DNA of 64,000 bases from Blastocatellia bacterium. Its GTDB lineage: Bacteria; Acidobacteriota; Blastocatellia; UBA7656. Numbering within the stretch: position 1 is the first letter of the stretch; every line of letters starts with the position of its first letter. This document shows, piece after piece, positions 19,305 to 29,400 of this stretch. The notes under the pieces are model-generated. The model did no database searches. It was not told the origin of the DNA and saw nothing but the letters and a program-made list of their open reading frames with translations. The position numbers and the translations under genes are program-made. Location: contig CAVXWP010000010.1 of the NCBI GenBank assembly GCA_963765495.1, positions 32,001-96,000 on the forward strand, given 5' to 3'.

Positions 19305-20828
19305 ATGGTGCTGCCAAATGGAAACTTCGCTATGAGTAAAACAGTTAGGTCAATTGCGATGCGATATGGACTCGCTCTGGCATCATTTGTACTAACTCTC
19401 TTTATTGCGTTGGTCCTTCGATATTATTCAATCAGGATCAGTCTGGCCATACCGATTATTCTCGTATTGATTGGAACTACCTGGTATGGAGGGAAAGGGC
19501 CGGGGCTTATGGTGGCAATCCTTCTTGAGATTGCTACTATCCTACTGGCCTCTCCATCCCCTGAAACATCGCTGGCAAGAACCATATTTGGGTATTTCAA
19601 CGTCATGGTGTTACTCATCACAATGGTTCTTCTGATCAGCGGGCGAAAAAAGGCTGAAAGTGAGTTGCGCGAGCAACGCGAATGGTTACAGGTGACACTT
19701 TCCAGTTTACGCGATGCGGTGATTGCAGCCGATCTCAAGGGCCGGATCAATTTCATGAACCCGGCGGCAGAAAGCCTGACCGGCTGGCCCATGACGCAGG
19801 CGGCAAACAGGCCTCTCGAGGAAGTGTTTCAGACCATTGAGAAAGCGCCCAACGACATAGAAGAGAGCCCGTCTTCAAAAGCGGGCGTTTCAGGAATTCT
19901 TTCCGCAGGTATCTCTGATGAGGTTACGCTTGTTTCCAGAGACGGGATAAAGAGAGTGATTGATTATAGTTGCGCGCCGATTCTAAGCAGCAACGGCGAG
20001 GCTACAGGTACGGTTATGGTATTTCGCGATATTACCGAGCGAAAGCAGGCTCAACAACTCATCCTCGATCTCACATCAACACTGGAAAGCCGTGTGATCG
20101 AGCGAACAGCCCAGCTTGAAGCCGCAAACAATGAACTCGAATCATTCAGCTATTCGGTCTCTCACGATTTGCGCGCGCCTTTGCGGCACATCAACGGTTT
20201 TGCCGATTTGCTTGAAAGAAACGGTTCATCTGCACTCGATGAAAAAGGCCGCCGTCATCTGAAGATCATATCGGATTCGGCCAGACAGATGGGTCGATTG
20301 ATCGACGATCTTTTGAGTTTCTCGCGCATGGGTCGCACAGAGATGCATCAGACCGTGATCAATTTCGAGCAACTCGTAAATGAGGTCAAATCCGAACTTG
20401 AGCGCGAAGCCGAAGGACGCGAAATCGTCTGGAAGATAGAGAGCCTGCCCACAGTATACGGCGACCCCTCGATGCTGCGGCTGGTATTGATAAATCTATG
20501 CTCCAATGCTGTGAAATACACTCGCGGGCGCGTCCAGGCCACTATCGAGATCGGAACGCTCGCCTCCCCTGAGGATGAAACGATCTTCTTCATCCGCGAC
20601 AACGGCGCAGGATTCGATATGAAGTATGTAGACAAGCTCTTCGGAGTATTCCAGCGGTTGCATCGAGTAGACGAATTTGAAGGGACGGGGATCGGGCTGG
20701 CCAATGTTCGGCGGACCATACATCGCCACGGAGGTCGCGTCTGGGCTGAAAGCCCGGATGAAGGCGGCGCAACTTTCTATTTTTCGCTTCCAAACATCAG
20801 AAAGGAAGAGCTATGTCGCGCGATATAA
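19305..20828 (+). CDS. membrane PAS sensor histidine kinase
   Basis: N-terminal TM bundle (DUF4118-like), [34 protein letters not shown]; start may be 19332. Confidence 0.92.
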   Translation: MVLPNGNFAMSKTVRSIAMRYGLALASFVLTLFIALVLRYYSIRISLAIPIILVLIGTTWYGGKGPGLMVAILLEIATILLASPSPETSLARTIFGYFNVMVLLITMVLLISGRKKAESELREQREWLQVTLSSLRDAVIAADLKGRINFMNPAAESLTGWPMTQAANRPLEEVFQTIEKAPNDIEESPSSKAGVSGILSAGISDEVTLVSRDGIKRVIDYSCAPILSSNGEATGTVMVFRDITERKQAQQLILDLTSTLESRVIERTAQLEAANNELESFSYSVSHDLRAPLRHINGFADLLERNGSSALDEKGRRHLKIISDSARQMGRLIDDLLSFSRMGRTEMHQTVINFEQLVNEVKSELEREAEGREIVWKIESLPTVYGDPSMLRLVLINLCSNAVKYTRGRVQATIEIGTLASPEDETIFFIRDNGAGFDMKYVDKLFGVFQRLHRVDEFEGTGIGLANVRRTIHRHGGRVWAESPDEGGATFYFSLPNIRKEELCRAI

Positions 20829-21271
20829 GACGCATCCTGCTTGCCGAAGATAACCCCAATGATGTCGAGTTGACGCTGACGGCGCTTGAAGAAAACAACC
20901 TTGCCAACGAAGTGGTTGTGGTTCGTGACGGTGAAGAGGCGCTTGATTATCTCTATTGCCGGGGGCCCTTCAAGATGCGCGATGAAGGAAACCCGGCTGT
21001 AGTCCTGCTTGATCTAAAGATGCCTAAAGTGGATGGGCTGGAAGTGCTCAGACAGGTAAAGTCTGATCCGGCGCTCAGAATGATTCCAGTCGTAGTGCTC
21101 ACTTCTTCGCGCGAAGACCGTGACATAGTCGAAAGCTACAGCCTGCATGCAAATGCCTATGTGGTCAAGCCGGTTGACTTTCATGAGTTTGTTGATGCGA
21201 TCAAAGAGCTGGGCCTTTTCTGGGGCATCATAAATGTCGCGCCGCCCGGCAGCATCGGCTCCGAAAAATAG
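20813..21271 (+). CDS. single-domain response regulator (Rcp1-like)
   Basis: [28 protein letters not shown]. Confidence 0.93.
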   Translation: MSRDIRRILLAEDNPNDVELTLTALEENNLANEVVVVRDGEEALDYLYCRGPFKMRDEGNPAVVLLDLKMPKVDGLEVLRQVKSDPALRMIPVVVLTSSREDRDIVESYSLHANAYVVKPVDFHEFVDAIKELGLFWGIINVAPPGSIGSEK

Positions 21272-21282
21272 GACCCCGTCTC

Positions 21283-21336
21283 CAGGGTTAAAGCGACAGG
21301 GCTAAAGCGACAGGGCTAAAGCGACAGGGCTAAAGC
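21283..21336. repeat. 14-bp tandem repeat, about 3.9 copies
   Basis: CAGGG(T/C)TAAAGCGA units in the 84-bp gap between the response regulator and hybrid kinase. Confidence 0.9.
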
Positions 21337-21355
21337 CTCCTCTGGGATTATTGAT

Positions 21356-23698
21356 ATGAAAAAATCTCTACGTATTCTCCATCTTGAAGACAACCCGCTC
21401 GACGGCGAGCTTATATACGAATCGCTCGAAGAATCGGGTGTTATGTGCGAGTTGCTTCGCGTGGAGACCCGCGACGATTTTATCTCTGCGCTCGAGCGAG
21501 GCGGATTTGACCTGATACTTGCCGATTATACCCTTCCCGCCTTCGATGGTATTACGGGGCTTAGTATCGCTCGACGCATGCGCCCCGAGGTCCCGTTTAT
21601 CTTTGTCTCGGGCTCACTCGGCGAAGAGGTAGCGATTGAGACGATGAGGTGTGGCGCTACGGATTACGTTCTCAAGAATCGGCTGTCGAGGCTCGTGCCG
21701 TCGGTGCGCCGCGCTCTTGACGAGATCAAACAGCAGGAAGAGCAAAGGCGCGCCGAGAGACAAATTCTCTTTCAGGCGTCACTGCTCGATCAGGTGCGCA
21801 ACGGCATTATAGCGACCGACGCCGACGGCAAAATAATCTACTGGAACAAATTCGCAGAGACTCTTTTCCAGTGGAAGGCCGAAGAAGTAAGGGGCAAAAA
21901 CATGAGAGAGATAATCGGCTCCGGCAAAGATAATGATATGGCAGAGCAGATATCGATTCAGCTCGATAAAACCGGGTACTGGGAGGGAGAGCTTGAGGTA
22001 AGACGACGCGACGGAGATATATTTCCGGTCTATGTAGTCAATTCAGTGATAAATAATGGGATCAGCGAAGGCATCGTAGGCATTTCCATAGACATCACGG
22101 AACGCAAGAGGGCCGAAGATGCGCTCAGGGAAAGTGAAACCCGGTTTCGCATGCTGGCAGATACGGTCCCGGTCCTGATCTGGTTATGCGGCCCCGATAA
22201 TCATCGCACCTATTTCAACAAAGTCTGGCTGGAGTTCACCGGGCGAACTATGAAGGAGGAGACAGGTCGGGGCTGGGTTGAAGGCATACACCCCGCCGAC
22301 CGGCAGGATTATTTGGACATCATCAATTCCAACTTCGAGGCGCGGGAGCCTTATCAGAGTGAATACAGGCTCAGACGCTTTGACGGAGAATATCGTCTGG
22401 TTCTGGCTACGGGTGTTCCGCGTTTTACGCCCGGCGGTGAGTTCGCCGGTTATGTAGGCTCGTGTATAGATATTACCGAGCGCAAACAGCTTGAAGAGCA
22501 ACTGCGTCAGGCACAAAAGATGGAGGCCATCGGGAGGCTGGCCGGTGGAGTGGCGCACGATTTCAACAACCTGTTGACGGCTATCATAGGGTACAGCCAG
22601 ATACTGATAGAACGTTTCATCAAAAATGGCTGGGAGAGTAAAGAGATCGAAGAGATTGAAAAGTCAGGAAGGCGGGCCGCCACCCTGACAAGTCAACTGC
22701 TTGCCTTCAGCCGCAGGCAGGCGCTTCAACCAAAAATGCTCAGCCTTAATACGGTCGTCGCCGACATGGAGAATATTCTGCGAAGAGTCATCGGCGAAGA
22801 CATTGATCTGCTGACTATCCTCAAACCCGAACTGCATTACGTCAAAGCCGATCCCGGTCAGATGGAACAGATCATTATGAACCTTGCCGTGAATGCGCGC
22901 GACGCTATGGCGGAAGGCGGCAAGCTTGTGATCGAGACAGGCAATGTCGATCTGGATGCGAGCTACGGACGTGACCACCTCGATGTAACGTCCGGCCCCT
23001 ACGCGATGATGGCTGTGACCGACACGGGCTGCGGGATGGATAACGATGTGCGGGCCAGGATATTCGATCCTTTCTTTACGACCAAAGAGGTAGGCAAGGG
23101 GACCGGGCTCGGTCTTTCAACCGTGTACGGAATCGTGAAGCAGAGCGGCGGGCACATCTGGGTCTATAGCGAGCCGGGACAGGGCTCAACCTTCAAGATA
23201 TATCTGCCCAGGTTTGCGGATGTATTTGACGTAGAGACCCGATTCGCAAACACAGAGACCTTGCCCCGAGGGACGGAAACGATACTGCTGGTCGAAGATG
23301 ATTTGTCGGTTCAAGGAGTCGCGGCCCGTGTGCTGAACGAACAGGGATACACCGTGCTGCTGGCTTCAAACGGCGAAGAGGCTTTGCAGATTGCCGAAGA
23401 GCACGCCGACTCTGAGATTCACCTCCTGCTTTCGGATGTCGTGATGCCTCAGATGAGCGGTAAGACGCTGGCCTCGCACCTCAAGCGTTTGCGACCAGGA
23501 ATCTGTGTTATATTCACTTCGGGTTATACAGACGATGCCATAATATTTAATGGTGTATTGGATGCGGATTTGGCTTTTCTTCAAAAGCCGTTTACGCCGC
23601 GCTCGCTTTCGCGGAAAGTTCGCGAAGTATTGGATTCGCCCAGACAGGGCAGCGCGTCGCCAGATGTCAAAAATCCCCAAGACGAATCCTCATACTGA
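21356..23698 (+). CDS. hybrid histidine kinase REC-PAS-PAS-HisKA-HATPase-REC
   Basis: AHDFNNLL, NARDAM, FFTTK..GTGLGL; receiver domains at both ends. Confidence 0.93.
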   Translation: MKKSLRILHLEDNPLDGELIYESLEESGVMCELLRVETRDDFISALERGGFDLILADYTLPAFDGITGLSIARRMRPEVPFIFVSGSLGEEVAIETMRCGATDYVLKNRLSRLVPSVRRALDEIKQQEEQRRAERQILFQASLLDQVRNGIIATDADGKIIYWNKFAETLFQWKAEEVRGKNMREIIGSGKDNDMAEQISIQLDKTGYWEGELEVRRRDGDIFPVYVVNSVINNGISEGIVGISIDITERKRAEDALRESETRFRMLADTVPVLIWLCGPDNHRTYFNKVWLEFTGRTMKEETGRGWVEGIHPADRQDYLDIINSNFEAREPYQSEYRLRRFDGEYRLVLATGVPRFTPGGEFAGYVGSCIDITERKQLEEQLRQAQKMEAIGRLAGGVAHDFNNLLTAIIGYSQILIERFIKNGWESKEIEEIEKSGRRAATLTSQLLAFSRRQALQPKMLSLNTVVADMENILRRVIGEDIDLLTILKPELHYVKADPGQMEQIIMNLAVNARDAMAEGGKLVIETGNVDLDASYGRDHLDVTSGPYAMMAVTDTGCGMDNDVRARIFDPFFTTKEVGKGTGLGLSTVYGIVKQSGGHIWVYSEPGQGSTFKIYLPRFADVFDVETRFANTETLPRGTETILLVEDDLSVQGVAARVLNEQGYTVLLASNGEEALQIAEEHADSEIHLLLSDVVMPQMSGKTLASHLKRLRPGICVIFTSGYTDDAIIFNGVLDADLAFLQKPFTPRSLSRKVREVLDSPRQGSASPDVKNPQDESSY

Positions 23699-23825
23699 TA
23701 TTTGCCGCCCTCGATCCTCACGTCATCTCTTTGAAAGCATCCGGCCAGGCTGGCATGTCTGGAACGTTGGACGGTCTTAAGGTCGGGTCTTGATGTAGGC
23801 TCTGAGAGTTCCAGCTTATTTCGGA

Positions 23826-24113
23826 TTATGATTGAAAACTGACCCCGACAATGTATCCGTCTTCGACGGCTTCTGCCCATCTGATAACGGCCCAGGAAGA
23901 CCCGGATGGCCCCCCAACATTCAAGCTCAACCTGATTTTCTGGCCGATAGGAATGGCTGTCCTGGTCTTAAGCCCGGCTCCGGTGTTGCTGATCGAAAAG
24001 GTGTGAGCGTTTTCGATGACTTCCTGGTCGGAAACATCCGTCCAGCATAGAGTCGCCTGGAACCGCACACTGACTCTGGGTTCTTTGCGCTTGTCTTTTA
24101 GGGGGTATGACAT
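23826..24113 (-). CDS. single-domain PilZ-like protein
   Basis: RKEPR (RxxxR) and SISNTG ([D/N]xSxxG with first position changed); GGAGG upstream. Confidence 0.75.
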   Translation of the reverse strand: MSYPLKDKRKEPRVSVRFQATLCWTDVSDQEVIENAHTFSISNTGAGLKTRTAIPIGQKIRLSLNVGGPSGSSWAVIRWAEAVEDGYIVGVSFQS

Positions 24114-24447
24114 CCTGAGTTTTCGACCTGCTCTGCTATTCCACCTCCTTATCTATAGAAGCATGCTTCGCTCAGGAATCGAACGATTTCTGAGATTTAC
24201 TGCTCGCATCATAAAGACCTGAGGTGATCAAGAGTTTTATCATCAAGCTACAGGCCCGTCAATTACCCGTTCGGGGCCGTAAGAATTCTCGATCAATACC
24301 GCATCCGGGAATTAACCTTACACTTATCCGCCTGCCCCCCGGCTTTCGATTGGATAAGTATTGGCCTGCTAACGAGAACGAAACAAGAATAAGCGATACG
24401 TGTGTGGAGAAGATCGGTAAAGCTCCAAAGGCTTTGATCAAGCGGCG

Positions 24448-25497
24448 TCAATGTTTGAATGACTGGTAGCCGTCCTTATAGCTGACCGATAATCTGCCAA
24501 GCCCCTTGGGCGATCTTATTTTGATCTTCACTTTATGCCATCTGGCTTCGCTGCTCGCATCGGTTGGATAAAAGCCTATGGCGTACTGGTTGCGAAGTTC
24601 GAGCGCTATTCGCGTGCAGATTTCCATAAGCTCCGGCTCGTTATAGCCCATCGGGAAAAAGGCGCGCCCGCCCGTCGTGCGAGCTATCTCTTCAAGCAGC
24701 GACCGACCGTAGGCCGCCAGCGAATCCTGATAAGGGTCGGTGATGCCTATGACATAAACTATGACATCGGACTCCTTGAGGCGGTTGCGAAGTTCTTTAT
24801 AGGTATAGCGGCTGTTGTTATCCTGCCCGTCTGAGATTATCAGCAGAGCCTTTTTCGGGTGGCGTCCCTGTTTCACTTTCTCCACCGCAAGATAGGCCGC
24901 ATCATACAGCGCCGTCGATTTTCTTGCGTCTACAAGCATCAATCGGCTGACAAGCTGATCTACGGAAGTCGTGAAATCCTGTACGAGGCTTGCGCGCTCG
25001 TTGAAGGCTATCAAAAAGAAATCATCGTCCTGATGGGCTGTTTCGAAGAATCTGGTAAGCGCGCGAATCGAGCGGTCAAGACGCGATTTCATCGACCCTG
25101 AAACGTCATAAACTACTCCGAGCGAGACGGGCGCGTCGGCGTCGGAGAAGAAGTCAATCTGTTGTTTTACTTTATCGTCATAGATCTCGAAATGCTCGGG
25201 CCGCAATCCGGTGACGAATCTCCCGTGGGTGTCAGTCACCGTGACGTTCATATTGACAAGGTTTGTGCCGAGTACGATCTTGTCTTTACCCTGATTCTGC
25301 TTTTCGGCTATGAGCCCGACGGGGCGTCGAGTCTTTGCCTCGGCTTCATCCCCGGTCGTGTTATCGGCTCTCAAGGCCGCCGCCTGAGCATTTTTACTCT
25401 CGCTTCCTCTCTGTTGTTGAAATCTGGCGACACCTATCGCAGGCAGCGCCGTGGCAATGAGAATTGCCAGCACTACATGGGTAATTCTGTTTCCCAT
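24448..25497 (-). CDS. secreted VWA-domain protein, Acidobacteria type
   Basis: signal peptide; VNMNVTVTD..GRFVTGL; MIDAS DVSGS, TALYDA, SDGQD. Confidence 0.9.
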   Translation of the reverse strand: MGNRITHVVLAILIATALPAIGVARFQQQRGSESKNAQAAALRADNTTGDEAEAKTRRPVGLIAEKQNQGKDKIVLGTNLVNMNVTVTDTHGRFVTGLRPEHFEIYDDKVKQQIDFFSDADAPVSLGVVYDVSGSMKSRLDRSIRALTRFFETAHQDDDFFLIAFNERASLVQDFTTSVDQLVSRLMLVDARKSTALYDAAYLAVEKVKQGRHPKKALLIISDGQDNNSRYTYKELRNRLKESDVIVYVIGITDPYQDSLAAYGRSLLEEIARTTGGRAFFPMGYNEPELMEICTRIALELRNQYAIGFYPTDASSEARWHKVKIKIRSPKGLGRLSVSYKDGYQSFKH

Positions 25498-25805
25498 TGG
25501 AATACCTCTTGTTCTTATCTGTGAGCAACGACTCTCTGCTCAGAATTAGTATTCAAATACAAGCGATGTCTTCTTTGGATGCAACTTCTATGCTACTGCT
25601 ATGCTATCATTTCAGACAGATATATGCAAAAAACTGAGGCTTTTGCCTACAATTCTGGGACCCGGCTGAGACATAAGTGCGTAGCGGGGCAAACAATCCG
25701 GTCACGGATGTAAGAGATTCACTCACCTTTCACCTGGAAGAATCTGCCGAGAATCGAATGCGGAAGGCAACGCCATTTGGCTCTCAGGATAATTCTTAGA
25801 GCACA

Positions 25806-25871
25806 TTGCGACTTTGCGTCTTTGAAACTACCTGTGGCTTCGCAAGTCGCAAAACCGCAAAGCTCGCTAAG
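25806..25871. repeat. degenerate CTTTGCG-family hairpin
   Basis: TTGCGACTTTGCG...CGCAAGTCGCAAAACCGCAAAGCTCGC. Confidence 0.6.
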
Positions 25872-25903
25872 AGGTTCCTGAGAATTATATGGCCCCGGTT
25901 ATG

Positions 25904-26044
25904 CAGGGCCATTCAGTTTTCCAAAATGTAGAATTGGAAAATAGAAATAGGCCGTCCCGGCCTATTCCCACTCGCCTTTCGTTCGAATTAACCTGCAAAA
26001 ATTTTGTCGCATACAGCCCGCAAGTCAAAAACTGAATGGCCCTG
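25904..26044. mobile_element. second MITE copy (141 bp, opposite orientation)
   Basis: 17-bp perfect TIRs CAGGGCCATTCAGTTTT; 9-bp direct repeat CCGGTTATG at 25895-25903 and 26045-26053. Confidence 0.9.
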
Positions 26045-26436
26045 CCGGTTATGGCCCTGGCTCGCCCCGGCTTTATTCATTGTGCTTGCACTGGTTTGCT
26101 ATTGTTGATATACTCCGGCTCCCGACTTTTTGCAGAGAGTAAAACATTGAGCCGTTGAAAGATAGCCTAAGAGTCCGGCGCGAATATCCGGCGCAAAAAT
26201 TTTGCAAATTTAACATAGTCAGTTCCGCTCGCATAAAGGCACAATGTTTTATTTCCAACCATAAATGATCGGGTCTGCCGGAGTGAGGTTCGGCTTTTCA
26301 GAGCAGGATGACAGTTGGCCTTTTGCCCCTCGGGTGTGTATTTCCCTGAAGGCAAGCCTTAAGTAATTTCATTCTGCCACGGCAATCAGTCAAGCAGTAC
26401 GGTCGTGGGGATCAAGCTCTTCAGAGGTTTGTACGG

Positions 26437-29400
26437 ATGGCTCGTGTAGTGTTTTTGTCTTGCGCTATAGTATTTCTTCTCATCACATCCACAATTCCCG
26501 GGCATACGAGTTCCGGCAGTTCCACGGCTGATTTAAAGCCTCAAACTTTAAAGTCTGCCGCGATCACAGGTGATTATTCCCTTGTCCTTGTTGATGCCGG
26601 CTCAAGGGAGGAACTTGATGAGGCAGACGAATTTATTCAGGCGCAGGGAGGAAAGGTAGCTTTCGTTTTTCCACCTCATGCCATCCTGGGAACCATATCG
26701 CCCGATGTGAGCGCGAAGATAATAGGCCAGCATAAGATACGCTCGATTTATCATTCCACCATCGGACCGGGGACGACCGGCTATACCGACCGCGAGACTC
26801 TGAGCGCCATAGGTCTATTCAATGAAATGATCTCAGGCTCTTTGGCCTCTCGTATCACGAATCAGGCTAAAAAGGCGACCGGGCCGGGGACCGATCTTCC
26901 TCCCCTGATAGACGACTCTCTTCCCCATCAGAAAGCGGATCAATCCGATATGATTCGCAATCTCCGCTCGATGGGCGCACATTCATCCGTAGCAAAATTT
27001 CAATCCAATATACAGCCTCAGTTTTTCAGCAACAGCGATTCTATGGACGGCAAGGTAGCCGTCGCCGTCTTCTTTATGGAGAGCAACGGCGGGGTAGACC
27101 CTAATCTTTATTCGTGGAGCGAAGAGGATAAAAACTACGCTTACCAGCAGGTTGTACAGGGATTGAACTGGTGGGTCGAGCAATCGAGCGCGTTCAATCT
27201 TGGGCGACCGCTACAATTCATCATCGTCCCGTTTTATCCCGACAATCCGGTCTGCCAGCAACCCTACGAACCGATACTCCACCCGGCAAGCGATGCCAAT
27301 CTCTGGCTCGATCGCATCATGAGCAACGTGGGCTCAAACTCAGGCACAATCTATTCTCGCATCGCGGCCTTCGACCGCCAGATCAGAGATCAGAATAATG
27401 CCAACTGGGCTTATTCGATCTTTATCTCTTACAACCCGTCTCCGGTTCGCACTTCCTTCACCGACGGGCGCGCTTCGTGGGCCTACATAGGAGGGCCGCA
27501 CGCAAACGTCCTGTTCCGAAGCTTCGGCTGGGATCTGGCTCGAATCGTCACTCACGAAACGGGACATATATTTTACGCCTGCGATGAATACTACCAGCCG
27601 GGGTATCAGACTTGCAGTTGCACGTGCGCACCCGAAATCAGACCGGCCGCTCAGAATCATAATTGCCAGGATGCCAGTTGCACATTCAATTCCGTGCCCT
27701 GCATGATGCGCCTCAACGAATTCGGGCTATGCCCCTACACGGTGGCCCAGATAGGCTGGACCGGAACCGTTCAACCTCCTGCGCCCACAGCGCCGGAGAG
27801 CCTTGTTGCCACTGCCGCATCGCCCACCCAGGTGGACCTGATATGGCAGGACACTTCAAAGGGAACGCTTGGGGCGGCCAGCGGATTTATGATCGAACGC
27901 CGGGGCGGGTCAAGCGCCGAGTATTCTCAGATAGGAACCATCAGCGCCGCTTCCGCCAGCTTCAGCGACACGACCGTGCTGCCAAACACCGCTTACGCGT
28001 ATCACGTGCGGGCTTTTAACAACACGGGCGAATCTGACTTCTCCAACGAAACTACGGTCATTACACCAGTGACCGCATCCGCGCTGTCGGTGAGTACCGA
28101 CTCTCTGCCCGATGCAGTCGTAGGCGTACCCTATGACCGGACTCTTTCCGTAAACGGCGGCAAACCCGATTACAGGTGGACGATTGAAAGCGGTTCCCTG
28201 CCCTCCGGGTTTTCTCTTTCGCAAAACGGCGACATCTCCGGCACACCGACTACTGCGGGCACAAGCAATTTCGCCGTGCGGGTGACGGACGGCGATAACA
28301 GTTCGGCAACAAAACCGCTCTCTCTTGTCGTCAAACCGGCAGCCCCTCTCTCTTTGACGACGACCTCGCTGCCCAAAGCAAGCGTAGGCACGACCTACAG
28401 CCAGAACCTCGGCGCGAAAGGCGGGCAAACGCCTTATAACTGGGCCGTTCAATCGGGCAATCTACCCGATGGACTGATTCTCAACCAGACAACCGGGGCC
28501 ATCTCCGGCATACCCGAACGCGCGGGAAGTTCGAGTTTCGTTGTCACGGTAACCGATCAGACTGCGACAAGCGTCAGCGCGACTCTTTCCATACTGGTAA
28601 ATCCGGGCATAAACGAACTCACTTTCGATACGGAGTCGCTGCCTGATGGTGTTGTAGGGCAAGCTTATTCGCGTTCATTGAAAGCCTCGGGCGGCAACAG
28701 CCCCTATCTCTGGGAGATAAAACGGGGGGCGTTGCCTCAAGGGCTCGCGCTTTCCCAGGCCGGAGCTATCGAAGGCAAACCACAGGTTTCCGGCGAAGTC
28801 GAATTCGACATACAGGTATCGGACCAGAGCGGACAGTCGGCCGTCAGGACCCTTTCGATAGATGTTGACCCGTCTCCTGAGTTGACCATTGTCAGTCCAA
28901 CCGCGCCGCCTCAGGCTGCCTTAGGCGTTCCCTACAGCGTGGATTTCTCGGCGACAGCCGGGCAGCAACCATACAAATGGCTCAAGAAGAACAAAGCAAA
29001 ATTCGGGACGCTGCCCGACGGTCTCAGTCTGTCGAAAGAGGGCAGGCTTTCAGGCACGCCTACGCGTGAAGGCACGTTCGATTTCACCATCATGGTGAAA
29101 GATGCCGGTGGCAAGAGGGCCACCAGACCGCTGACTATCGAAGTAGGACCGCCGCCGCCGCCGCTTGCCGTAAAGACTACATCACTTCCGAGCGCATTGC
29201 GCGACCTGCCCTATAACTCTTTACTTGAAGCTACGGGCGGGCTCACACCCTACACATGGGCAATCGAATCGGGCATTCTGCCCGACGGGTTGACCATGAC
29301 GAGTGCCGGTGTAATTTCAGGCACTCCGACCACAATAGGAAGCACGACCTTCACCGTTCGGGTGCAGGATTCGATAGGAACCACGAGCCTCCAAACTCTC

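Noticed and set aside
25580-25595. Sigma-54-like site upstream of the VWA gene (minus strand TAGCATAGAAGTTGCA)
   Set aside because: The near-invariant -24 GG is AG, so it was not called
25686-25720. GGGCAAAC plus hairpin resembling a c-di-GMP-I riboswitch
   Set aside because: Lacks the GNRA loop and the downstream GACGCAAAG segment
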